From a virus (Duplodnaviria > Caudoviricetes), in the IMG/VR virus record IMGVR_UViG_3300048849_000133, positions 1-43,583 of that record: DNA of 43,583 nt. One strand, written 5' to 3'. The notes beneath the pieces are model-generated. The model searched no databases, was not told where the DNA came from, and saw only the letters and a list, made by a program, of their open reading frames with translations. Each line of letters begins with the position of its first letter. Within the stretch, counting starts at the first letter, position 1. Positions 26,967 through 34,817 of the stretch are shown in pieces. A program made the position numbers and the translations under genes.

Positions 26967-27005
26967 AGATTATCACCCCGCAGTACTACTAGTGCCGGAG
27001 GACCC
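26967..27005 (-). other. Putative cos site (cosQ-like GGGTCCT plus cosN-like GGGTGATAATCT)
   Basis: - strand GGGTCCT (27005-26999), 20-nt spacer, then GGGTGATAATCT (26978-26967), upstream of terS as in lambda. Confidence 0.6.
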
Positions 27006-27093
27006 AAAAAAATTAGGCCGGCAGAATGTTTTTGCTGACATCGCAGCCTCTACCAACAGGTTAAACGCCTATTGCAGCAGCTAAATCCCGGTT

Positions 27094-27783
27094 TTATTTT
27101 ATCTTTTGTATCTGGAACTTCAACTCATGGAGCAATCTCCTGGAGAAGTAATCACTAACATCAATGCTAATCTGCTCATTAGCCTTATTGTTTTGTACGG
27201 CACCATAAACAGATGTGGTAAGCAGTTTTGTTATCGGCATATCTGATCCGGTTTCCTGTGCCCTTTCCCTTCGTAGTACGAAGTCATAGTTCCCGCCTGA
27301 ATTAACGTACCGTCCACGGGCGAACACTGGCTTTTCAACATCATTTTTAGTGATGAAAGCATACGGAAGGTTGACACGTTCACCTTTCTTAATCTCGAAC
27401 GAAACACCCTTCTTACCGCTCCTTTTAACGGTCCTCACCGACTTCTTTAAACCATCCCTGGTTCGGGCAACACTGACCTTATCTACACCGGAAGAACTCG
27501 CCGAATAGAATACCGGATTGAAATGAGACAGACCGATCGGTTTACGGCTAACACCCACCTTTCCTGTAAGGTTCTGCCAGCTCGATCTGAACACAGGCAT
27601 GCTTTTCAACTCAGAACTACTAATATTGAACTGCTGCTGGACCGCCCGCTTTAACATCCCCTTTGAACTTACAAGCGAGCGGTTTATAGCCCTGGACGTC
27701 ACGATCCCAATGTTCTTGTTGGATAGCTGATTTGTTAACTCAGACAGCTCCTGAAGTTGTGATTTAATACTTAATTCAATCAT
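27094..27783 (-). CDS. Minor tail/neck protein (lambda gpZ-like)
   Basis: Basic protein with SRAINRSL, YAFI..., VFARG and MPITKL pattern. Confidence 0.65.
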   Translation of the reverse strand: MIELSIKSQLQELSELTNQLSNKNIGIVTSRAINRSLVSSKGMLKRAVQQQFNISSSELKSMPVFRSSWQNLTGKVGVSRKPIGLSHFNPVFYSASSSGVDKVSVARTRDGLKKSVRTVKRSGKKGVSFEIKKGERVNLPYAFITKNDVEKPVFARGRYVNSGGNYDFVLRRERAQETGSDMPITKLLTTSVYGAVQNNKANEQISIDVSDYFSRRLLHELKFQIQKIK

Positions 27784-27791
27784 CAAAGGTA
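27784..27791 (-). promoter_or_regulatory. Possible Bacteroidota -7 promoter element TAnnTTTG
   Basis: - strand TACCTTTG immediately before the gpZ-like ATG; no well-spaced -33 TTTG found. Confidence 0.3.
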
Positions 27792-27863
27792 TTTCGTTAC
27801 GATTCCGCTAAGTATACGTCAAAAACTTAAATATTCAAAGTATTCAAAAATAGAATAAAGTTT

Positions 27864-28388
27864 TCAATACAGTTTTTGCAGACAAGGTTGTAAGTGCTTT
27901 AACTCCTGTTCCGTGATTTCTGATTTAAATCCATTAAACCGACTTACAGCGAGGGGCCAGCACGCCATCTGAACTACCTCACGGCTTAAGCTATTATCAA
28001 ACTTTGTATGACAGTCTATGCAAAGAAATAGACAGTTCAAAGGATGCACCATCACGCTCTCAAAATGCCTTTTCGGCACGATGTGGGCTACGTAAGCCCT
28101 GGCACTCCAAGGGGCATAAGGATTAAGATAATCGTCGCAGTTTTCACAATGACCCGGCATCATGCTGATTTTCATGTTAAACCATTTACCTAAGGTAAGA
28201 CCGTTATTTCGACCAGCGACCGCAGCAGTTTTTACTTTTAGCTTTTCCTGTTGCTTTTTCCTGTATTTAGCTTCTTGATGCTTTTGATAATGGTAATCAT
28301 CAGTAATACACCGTTGCGCCATTAGGTAGCGAGGTGCTGAATGGGGCCCGCAATCTATACAGGTTCCCTTCTTGTGTGGAATAGCCAT
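27864..28388 (-). CDS. Zn-binding HNH-like nuclease (NinG/HNH type)
   Basis: CENC...VAHIVPKRHF...NCLFLCIDCHTKFD motif; start taken at MAIPH (28388). Confidence 0.7.
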   Translation of the reverse strand: MAIPHKKGTCIDCGPHSAPRYLMAQRCITDDYHYQKHQEAKYRKKQQEKLKVKTAAVAGRNNGLTLGKWFNMKISMMPGHCENCDDYLNPYAPWSARAYVAHIVPKRHFESVMVHPLNCLFLCIDCHTKFDNSLSREVVQMACWPLAVSRFNGFKSEITEQELKHLQPCLQKLY

Positions 28389-28389
28389 T

Positions 28390-28593
28390 TTAAAGCTTTT
28401 TAAGAAGTTTATTTGTCTGGTATACAGATAGGGCGGACAAGAACGTTTTAACACCCTGGCGATACCGGTCCTGCCGCAGCCGGGCATTGTAACGGATTGA
28501 ATTGACCATCTTCGCCCGCTCGTCTGCAGGCAAGTTGTGGTTCGCGCTAATGAGATTGATCATTGATTGTTCTCTTTTACTAAGGAAAGCCAT
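28390..28593 (-). CDS. Hypothetical protein
   Basis: 67-aa ORF closely packed in the operon. Confidence 0.6.
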   Translation of the reverse strand: MAFLSKREQSMINLISANHNLPADERAKMVNSIRYNARLRQDRYRQGVKTFLSALSVYQTNKLLKKL

Positions 28594-28598
28594 AGGAT

Positions 28599-28850
28599 TT
28601 AAATTGGTTTCGAATCAAGAACGCATATAGCCGTTCCTGTGAACGTTTTTGACTTAGTGATTGAGGTCACTTGTATATCCGCTTCCGTACCTTCGCTAGA
28701 AGCCATATAGTCGCTTTGGTTAACGAATGTAACATTGAACTTGACTCCATTGAGAAGGAAAATAATGTTTGGGTTGTCCTGCTTAACCGCAGCAGAGAAT
28801 ACCTCTGGTTCACATCTGTTGCCATTATAGGCGATAATCCATTTTTTCAT
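28599..28850 (-). CDS. Hypothetical protein
   Basis: 83-aa ORF with an A-rich upstream region. Confidence 0.6.
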   Translation of the reverse strand: MKKWIIAYNGNRCEPEVFSAAVKQDNPNIIFLLNGVKFNVTFVNQSDYMASSEGTEADIQVTSITKSKTFTGTAICVLDSKPI

Positions 28851-28949
28851 TTTTGTTTAAATTTGTTAATTTTCTTCTTTTAAAAGCAGTACGGTAAGAC
28901 ACGTAAAGCTTAGTCTAAACAATGCAGTCTGCCTATCTGTTGTCTTCCC

Positions 28950-29180
28950 ATGCACCACGTCATAGAATTAACCTACCAGGGAGACGAAATTGTCATCTTT
29001 GCCCTCACCAGACCGGATGGTGACGAGCTCGTGTATGATCTTTACTCGGATGACCTGATGCTCGGAACGTTACGGCCTACACTTGGCGAGGATCCGGTCA
29101 CGGTTTGGACAGGTGACGAGAGTATTCCCGCTGATCTGGTGAGGCTTATTGGCCAGAGAATTGAAAATCAAGACTGGTGA
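28950..29180 (+). CDS. Small acidic hypothetical protein (counter-oriented)
   Basis: 76 aa; fills a gap in the - strand gene array; GTGA overlap with the next gene. Confidence 0.65.
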   Translation: MHHVIELTYQGDEIVIFALTRPDGDELVYDLYSDDLMLGTLRPTLGEDPVTVWTGDESIPADLVRLIGQRIENQDW

Positions 29181-29419
29181 AAGATATAATTATACCCCTT
29201 GCATACGGTGACGAAACCAAAACGATGCGGCTGTCCTTTCCTATGGGTGCTGGTGGCTGCTGGTTTGTATCAGTCAACAATTACCACTATGGTCGGGTGT
29301 GCTGGCAACAGAATGAATGGAGACCTCACTTTAATCCCGATACGGAGCTTACAACGGTTGATATTGCGCAGATCGTTGATTTGCTTTATGAGCGCATGCC
29401 GGAGGGTCCTTTGTTTTAG
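29177..29419 (+). CDS. Small hypothetical protein (counter-oriented, possible paralogue of previous)
   Basis: 80 aa, GTG start overlapping the previous stop; ends 1 nt from a convergent gene. Confidence 0.65.
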   Translation: MKDIIIPLAYGDETKTMRLSFPMGAGGCWFVSVNNYHYGRVCWQQNEWRPHFNPDTELTTVDIAQIVDLLYERMPEGPLF

Positions 29420-29420
29420 G

Positions 29421-29858
29421 TTAATATTCCTGAAACACCGGGTAGTAGGATTTCTGATCCGTGTAGATCGGTATATCAAATCCTTTTGAAATAAGCCATG
29501 CAAGAGCTTGTATCGGCAGGTCACTTCCTTTTATATCATTGTCATCCTTATGCTTCACAACGACTATTCGAGCGTGGTAAGCGTTTTTTGTAATACTATT
29601 GCCTATTTCGATCCAACCTTTGTGTTCGTGCTTCAGTCCGTCTGATTTCCTTGTAGTAGTCCACTCAAACCAAACTTGATTGTCTTTTCGGGAAACTACT
29701 CGGTCATATATGGTAACTACAGGAGGATGCCAAAACTGCTTAGATGCCGAATAACCGAAGTGATACAGTAGGTCGCTGATTTCCTGCTCGGACATATCTG
29801 ACATAGCCCTATCACCGATTTCTATGGTTCTCTTACCTATTGATATTGATTTTTTCAT
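29421..29858 (-). CDS. Hypothetical protein
   Basis: 145-aa ORF with A-rich start context. Confidence 0.65.
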   Translation of the reverse strand: MKKSISIGKRTIEIGDRAMSDMSEQEISDLLYHFGYSASKQFWHPPVVTIYDRVVSRKDNQVWFEWTTTRKSDGLKHEHKGWIEIGNSITKNAYHARIVVVKHKDDNDIKGSDLPIQALAWLISKGFDIPIYTDQKSYYPVFQEY

Positions 29859-29957
29859 TTTCTTTTAAAATAAGTTTGGTGTTATCCCTTTCCCTGTCAC
29901 ATACTTGCTTCAGGTATATTTGGAATGAGGGACCAGAGGTGAGAGCCTGGTCCTTCT

Positions 29958-30053
29958 TTAATCGAACAACCCGAGCTGCTCCGGCTCTTCCTCTCCCCAG
30001 TCTAAACCTTGCATCCAGATTTGGAAGGGTGCTAGTTCTTCGTCGGGGGTCAT
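29958..30053 (-). CDS. Unannotated 31-aa acidic peptide ending in QLGLFD
   Basis: Read manually: MTPDEELAPFQIWMQGLDWGEEEPEQLGLFD; ATGA overlap with the upstream stop. Confidence 0.55.
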   Translation of the reverse strand: MTPDEELAPFQIWMQGLDWGEEEPEQLGLFD

Positions 30054-30352
30054 GGAGCGGGAGGTAGGGGTATTTCAGCCCAACGCAACACGTTATCTCT
30101 AAAGAACCAATCGCTGTACATTGTTATAGATACGCGACCATCTTTAAGGTGAACGTAATAAAAATGCTCCTTATCAAGGTCTGTTTCAGGTGTTACATTC
30201 ACCCAATTCGGAACTACTTGCTCCTGCATCCATTTGGCACCATAATGAAATCCAAACTCTATACTATGTTGGTCATGTTGGTAACGGCTTAAAAATAAAG
30301 CGTTATTAGCGAGCCTTCTTGCCTCTATTTTGATCTCTAATCCTGTTATCAT
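30050..30352 (-). CDS. Hypothetical protein (DUF551-like C-terminus)
   Basis: WVNVTPE...VLRWAEIPLPP pattern. Confidence 0.6.
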   Translation of the reverse strand: MITGLEIKIEARRLANNALFLSRYQHDQHSIEFGFHYGAKWMQEQVVPNWVNVTPETDLDKEHFYYVHLKDGRVSITMYSDWFFRDNVLRWAEIPLPPAP

Positions 30353-30618
30353 TTTAAAATTTTTAACTCTTTTGGTTTTATTTTTGGCAACTCGATATAG
30401 TCAATTGATACCCAGAATTCATTAGGTTCAAATTTGCCGTCAGGAAACGGAATAACCTTTACTGTATCATTTTCAAAGTCCACAGATAAAAGCATAACGG
30501 ATAAACAGGTATAACCATAAAGGTGTCTTTCATTAGTATATGAAAGTTCCATATAAGCCCTGAACTTTAATGAGGTAAATCTCTCTTTGGTCATTTCACA
30601 ATTTTCTAAGTAACACAC
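30349..30618 (-). CDS. Hypothetical protein
   Basis: Overlap-coupled ORF; start may be at MTKERF. Confidence 0.55.
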   Translation of the reverse strand: MCYLENCEMTKERFTSLKFRAYMELSYTNERHLYGYTCLSVMLLSVDFENDTVKVIPFPDGKFEPNEFWVSIDYIELPKIKPKELKILK

Positions 30619-30952
30619 ATGGTTCTTCCACCCCCTCAGAGGAAAGGAAGGATGCGAAGGATTCTTTGGCCTTTACCCTGTAGTTCGGCAAGTTTTTGAA
30701 CTTGGTGTAATTGAAATAATAAAGACCATCCTCAATAGGCATTAACTCTATACATTGTTCCTCGGTCAATTCAGTAGACAGTCCGAGGATAGTCCAGTTG
30801 CCTTCGGGTAGTTTAATTAATTCATATACGCCTAATCTCATATGGCAAAACAACGCATCTAATTCAATAGCGAACGTACGCGCCCCCTCCGGCACCTTCA
30901 CCGCGATTAGCTTTACTCCTTCTTTAGGATGTAAAATTTTAAACTGTTGCAT
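30596..30952 (-). CDS. Hypothetical protein
   Basis: 118-aa ORF packed between its neighbours. Confidence 0.6.
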   Translation of the reverse strand: MQQFKILHPKEGVKLIAVKVPEGARTFAIELDALFCHMRLGVYELIKLPEGNWTILGLSTELTEEQCIELMPIEDGLYYFNYTKFKNLPNYRVKAKESFASFLSSEGVEEPCVLLRKL

Positions 30953-30953
30953 G

Positions 30954-31751
30954 TTATTGTTTAAAGTTTAAGCATGCGAATTCTCCAAACAATTCAACAG
31001 CTTTTGCATCATAAGCCTTTGCTGCATCAATCTCTAATTCAAAACAGCCTATGTGTTTAGTCTTATCATTGAACTTTATTGCGGCAGTCCATTTTTTATG
31101 GATTACAGCTCTAGATACGCCTTTATATTCACTAGATCTGTTGATTGATTTTTTCTTATTTCTGCCATTTTCGGCATGCGTACATACTCTTAGATTACTT
31201 CTTCTGTTATTAAGTCCGTTGTGATCTATGTGATCAACAAGAACTTTAGAATCCTCTATACCTAATAGAAGCCTAGGCATGCTCCAACGTCCTTCTTTAC
31301 CGATGTGCGCGTATGCGTAGCATGTGTGTGATGCAACGTTAGTCGACCAACTGAATCTATTAATTAGATCAAAATCTTCTTCGTCTATCAGCGCATATTT
31401 ACCTTTGGATAGCGGTATTAGCTTGGCGCCAACAGGAACCTCTACATTTGAAAAATCTTCTTTACGATTCCTGTATGTATTTCTCATGGAATTTGACCGG
31501 TTTATTTCGCCGCATAACTGGCATCCTTTGCCTCTTTTATGTACTTCTGGTTTTTGCATAAACGATCCATGTATCTTACAAACTATCTCCACCTTGGTTG
31601 TATTGTTCAACCACCTTACTTTTGAATAGTCATAAGTGTCGGTATGCATTTCTTTAGATGTCCTGATGAATCCATCTAGTCTTCTAGCTAATATTTCATT
31701 TGAAAAGTTATTAACTCCTTGTCTGGGTTCTAAGTGTTTGATTTGGTTCAT
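30954..31751 (-). CDS. HNH homing endonuclease with AP2 domain and N-terminal Zn-finger repeat
   Basis: YDYSKV...CKIHG...GKGCQLC; VDHIDHNGLNNRRSNLR (HNH); SEYKGVS...WTAAI...AAKAYD..A.ELFGEFACLNF (AP2). Confidence 0.9.
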   Translation of the reverse strand: MNQIKHLEPRQGVNNFSNEILARRLDGFIRTSKEMHTDTYDYSKVRWLNNTTKVEIVCKIHGSFMQKPEVHKRGKGCQLCGEINRSNSMRNTYRNRKEDFSNVEVPVGAKLIPLSKGKYALIDEEDFDLINRFSWSTNVASHTCYAYAHIGKEGRWSMPRLLLGIEDSKVLVDHIDHNGLNNRRSNLRVCTHAENGRNKKKSINRSSEYKGVSRAVIHKKWTAAIKFNDKTKHIGCFELEIDAAKAYDAKAVELFGEFACLNFKQ

Positions 31752-31978
31752 GGGGTTAGGATTGGGGTTGAAAGGATTGATTGTTCTATTTGATAGCTTG
31801 ATGGATCATTTAGCGCATAGGTATTATCCGCTGCATCTTTTAACGCTTGTTCAGCGACTTGTATGGCGTATTCCTTCATTGCACCTACTTCTACATCCCG
31901 TAGCGATACCCTTTTATTAGGTTTCGCGTCATGGTTTGATAGAAGGTGTTTTATAAGTATTTCCTCTGCTGTTTTCAT
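31748..31978 (-). CDS. Hypothetical protein
   Basis: 76 aa, MKTAEEIL...AMKEYA pattern; overlaps the next start. Confidence 0.6.
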   Translation of the reverse strand: MKTAEEILIKHLLSNHDAKPNKRVSLRDVEVGAMKEYAIQVAEQALKDAADNTYALNDPSSYQIEQSILSTPILTP

Positions 31979-32017
31979 AATCTCTTTTCTTTATCCCTAC
32001 AAGGTGGCAGGGGTTGG

Positions 32018-32161
32018 TTAATCTGTAAATGGTTTTTTATACTTTTTACCTATTTTTCGCTTTAAGTTTAAGTCCATTTTTTCTTTACGTATTTTATGAC
32101 GTTCGTCAGCTGTCATATACCCACGTTTGATTTCCTTTTCCTTGCGCTTTTTGGCATTCAT
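32018..32161 (-). CDS. Unannotated 47-aa very basic peptide
   Basis: Read manually: MNAKKRKEKEIKRGYMTADERHKIRKEKMDLNLKRKIGKKYKKPFTD; fills the gap between ORFs. Confidence 0.5.
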   Translation of the reverse strand: MNAKKRKEKEIKRGYMTADERHKIRKEKMDLNLKRKIGKKYKKPFTD

Positions 32162-32183
32162 CTTCTTTCTGTTTATCCCTTAG

Positions 32184-32555
32184 CTACATTGCAAGGGGGG
32201 GGGTAGGCGACAGCATCCATTCTGAAGCGGTAAAACTTATTCCAGGCGTCGAGAATTCGTATCGTCTATTTAAGTTTTTACTTAATGAATCTCCGGTATA
32301 GACTCCACCGTAAACTTTACCATGACGGTGATCGTGAGGTAAGTCTACTACGAAAAGGCAATTATCAAGTTCATTCGGCAATCTCTCACTTACAGACACC
32401 CACTTGGCGTGTTGTTCTTTCGGTTGAGATTCTAAATATTCTATGTAGTTTAACATTTCTAGATAGGAGTAAAAAAGTAAACCCTCTTGGTGGCTTTCAA
32501 ATTGTGCTGGTTCAATGTACTCTCCGGTTTCTAGTACGTCTGTTGGTTTTTCCAT
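32184..32555 (-). CDS. DUF551-like phage protein
   Basis: KWVSVSERLP...ASEWMLSPTPP motif. Confidence 0.7.
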   Translation of the reverse strand: MEKPTDVLETGEYIEPAQFESHQEGLLFYSYLEMLNYIEYLESQPKEQHAKWVSVSERLPNELDNCLFVVDLPHDHRHGKVYGGVYTGDSLSKNLNRRYEFSTPGISFTASEWMLSPTPPLAM

Positions 32556-32585
32556 TCTATTTAAGTGTTACGCCTCGCGGCTGGG

Positions 32586-32843
32586 TTAATATTTGTAATT
32601 ATCGAAAAGACCATTCAGATCGCCGAAGTTCGGTTCACCTTCAAACTGCTCTGTTTTAGGGTTGTAGTACCTGAAACCGTTCATGAATGACTGGTCTAGG
32701 GTACCCGCAGCAATTCTGCGATCAACTTCTTTTTTCACTGCACCACAGGTTTCGTAGTTTTCAAGTTTAAAGTGTTTTATGAAGATCATCGCCAGTTGCC
32801 ATTCGTTAAGGTTTTCCATCTGGTTAATAAATGATTGATTCAT
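32586..32843 (-). CDS. Hypothetical protein
   Basis: Start taken at MNQSF, overlapping the upstream gene end. Confidence 0.6.
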   Translation of the reverse strand: MNQSFINQMENLNEWQLAMIFIKHFKLENYETCGAVKKEVDRRIAAGTLDQSFMNGFRYYNPKTEQFEGEPNFGDLNGLFDNYKY

Positions 32844-33342
32844 TCCAGCAGATGATCTGGCCATCGAACGGCTTCGGGTATTGGAACCATTCTTTTAGCT
32901 CGTCTAATGTCAATCCATCGTTTGATGCAACTTTTTCGAATGTCGAATCAGATACACTCAGACAATTAATGAATACCAAACCAAATGGACCTACTTCGAA
33001 ATCCCAAACCTTCTTAATCTCGATATCCGGAGCGATGGTGATCATCTTGGAATTGTAGGGTTTTCCAGACCATACGCGAGGGGAAAATTTATCTCCAGCT
33101 TTCCAGCGGCGACCTGCCCGGATGGTATGGCTTTTATTGAAAAGCGTTATATCCTCGGTGATAGTATCAAAAAAGGCTTCTGCCACTTTCTCATTGCCTG
33201 AGTTAAGTTTCAAGAAGCTATAATAATCGGAAGGTAGAATTCCAGCCATTGTATTCAGGATACCTTCTACGAAGTATGTTGGCTGGCCTTTCTTTGGATG
33301 GTAAGCCGGGAAGGTGCGGCTGAATGTTATTACACGTGCCAT
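32824..33342 (-). CDS. ASCH/PUA-like domain protein
   Basis: KSHTIRAGRRWKAGD...WSGKPY...ASNDGLTLDELKEWF pattern. Confidence 0.6.
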   Translation of the reverse strand: MARVITFSRTFPAYHPKKGQPTYFVEGILNTMAGILPSDYYSFLKLNSGNEKVAEAFFDTITEDITLFNKSHTIRAGRRWKAGDKFSPRVWSGKPYNSKMITIAPDIEIKKVWDFEVGPFGLVFINCLSVSDSTFEKVASNDGLTLDELKEWFQYPKPFDGQIICWNESIIY

Positions 33343-33806
33343 AATTGGTTAATCTTCGATATTGTTAATGCTTGTTTTTCCAGCAACCAAATAAGTAGTT
33401 CCGCTCGTGCAAACGCTTCAGATTTGAAAGCGGGAGTGGCAGTGGTGACATTTGCAGTCACCTTGGGGTGGTCCATAATAGGAGTCCACTGGAATGTACT
33501 GAATACTCGATCTCCAGATTTGGAACTTGATGTCAACCAGGTTCCATAATTATCAGGCAGCATCATTCCGATTTCAGCAACCGTGAACGCAGATGCTATA
33601 AATTTTAGTTCGATGTTGTCCCGGTGATCCTGCTGCAGGCTGTTGACCGCAGCGGTCGTGTCAACCCATACCCAGGGTGATGTTTCTCCCTCAGGTATAT
33701 GGTTCTCGTCACCAACCCATTGAAAGTGGCTGGAGGTCTGTAGTATGCCTAATTCCTTAAGCTTCTTCGCTTGCTCTAATGAGCATACTTGATCTTGTAA
33801 TTTCAT
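33330..33806 (-). CDS. Hypothetical phage protein
   Basis: QVCSLEQAKKLKELG...AFTVAEIGMMLP...ARAELLIWLLE pattern, familiar from phage ORFs. Confidence 0.65.
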   Translation of the reverse strand: MKLQDQVCSLEQAKKLKELGILQTSSHFQWVGDENHIPEGETSPWVWVDTTAAVNSLQQDHRDNIELKFIASAFTVAEIGMMLPDNYGTWLTSSSKSGDRVFSTFQWTPIMDHPKVTANVTTATPAFKSEAFARAELLIWLLEKQALTISKINQLWHV

Positions 33807-33896
33807 CTTTGTTTTCCTCTATTCTTTTTAGTGTTCTTCCTACTGGATTATTTGTTCGGGAATCGGGTTTATCACTTAGATTAAGTCTTAATAAAC

Positions 33897-34172
33897 TTAC
33901 TTCCGGTAATCTTTGCTGCTTGCGCCTTTCTTCGAGTTACATGGCCGGCAGAGCGTTTGTAAATTGTTGTAGGATGTCAAGCCACCCTGACTTATCGGAT
34001 CCACATGATCCATCGTGAGCTGCCCGATCGCTCCACATTTCAGGCAAGAGTGTTTATCCCGGTCGAGAACGCGCCTTCTTAAGGAGCTGCTCACCTTACT
34101 CTTGTTCCTGTACCTGGTATCAAATTGGAATTCCTTAGGGGATAGTCCGTATACCTTCATCATATCTCCCAT
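33897..34172 (-). CDS. HNH endonuclease
   Basis: RDKHSCLKCG...DHVDPISQGG...NLQTLCRPCNSKKG; start taken at ATG 34172. Confidence 0.88.
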   Translation of the reverse strand: MGDMMKVYGLSPKEFQFDTRYRNKSKVSSSLRRRVLDRDKHSCLKCGAIGQLTMDHVDPISQGGLTSYNNLQTLCRPCNSKKGASSKDYRK

Positions 34173-34182
34173 GTGATTCAAT

Positions 34183-34557
34183 TTAGTTGTTTTGGGTGGT
34201 GTGGGAGCTGTGATCATCAGGGCCCCGTTCGACATCAAGCTGCTGATCTAATTTGTTTGACATCATCATCAAAGGCACCGCCAGATTCCCCAATGTCGTC
34301 GAGATCCCGTGCATCATATCGACTGAGTCGGTGGTTTTCTTCTTCCATGCTGCTTTGTCTCCATTGTAGTCGGCTAACTTGGATTTGAACCGCAGCTCAT
34401 CCCCGTTAACTTTTACGCATGAATACGTCGGATTAAGCTTATTCAGGTATTCGGTGTGGCCAGGCGTATGGATAACCACTACACCGGCAATGTCGTGCTT
34501 GGACAGGATATCCTTGATTTCCTGCATCGCTGTTTTTAATTTCGGTGAGTACTGCAT
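34183..34557 (-). CDS. Hypothetical protein
   Basis: 124-aa ORF, start overlaps the upstream stop. Confidence 0.65.
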   Translation of the reverse strand: MQYSPKLKTAMQEIKDILSKHDIAGVVVIHTPGHTEYLNKLNPTYSCVKVNGDELRFKSKLADYNGDKAAWKKKTTDSVDMMHGISTTLGNLAVPLMMMSNKLDQQLDVERGPDDHSSHTTQNN

Positions 34558-34817
34558 TACGATTTAGCCTCCTCTACGAATTCATGGCTGTTTTCAGCTA
34601 AGTATTCGGCTATTTTTATATGCTCTTCACTTTGGCTTTGTTCGTTAAAACCCCTGAAGGTTACGCGCGCTGGAAAGCAATTGGTTACATTATTGGTGGC
34701 CTGATCTACTTCAACTACTAATGCCCATCCAAAGGCATGTAGTATCGAGTTGATAAAAAACAACATCCCTGCGTTTCTAAAATCATCCCATGTTTTTAGT
34801 GTTACTGGTTTTTTCAT
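34557..34817 (-). CDS. Hypothetical protein
   Basis: 86 aa, WDDFRNAGMLFFINSILHAFGW; coupled on both sides. Confidence 0.7.
   Translation of the reverse strand: MKKPVTLKTWDDFRNAGMLFFINSILHAFGWALVVEVDQATNNVTNCFPARVTFRGFNEQSQSEEHIKIAEYLAENSHEFVEEAKS

Noticed and set aside
26912-27007. N-terminal 32-aa extension of TerS from the ORF track
   Set aside because: It uses a TTG start running through the putative cos; the ATG at 26911 has a typical A-rich context and starts right before the HTH.
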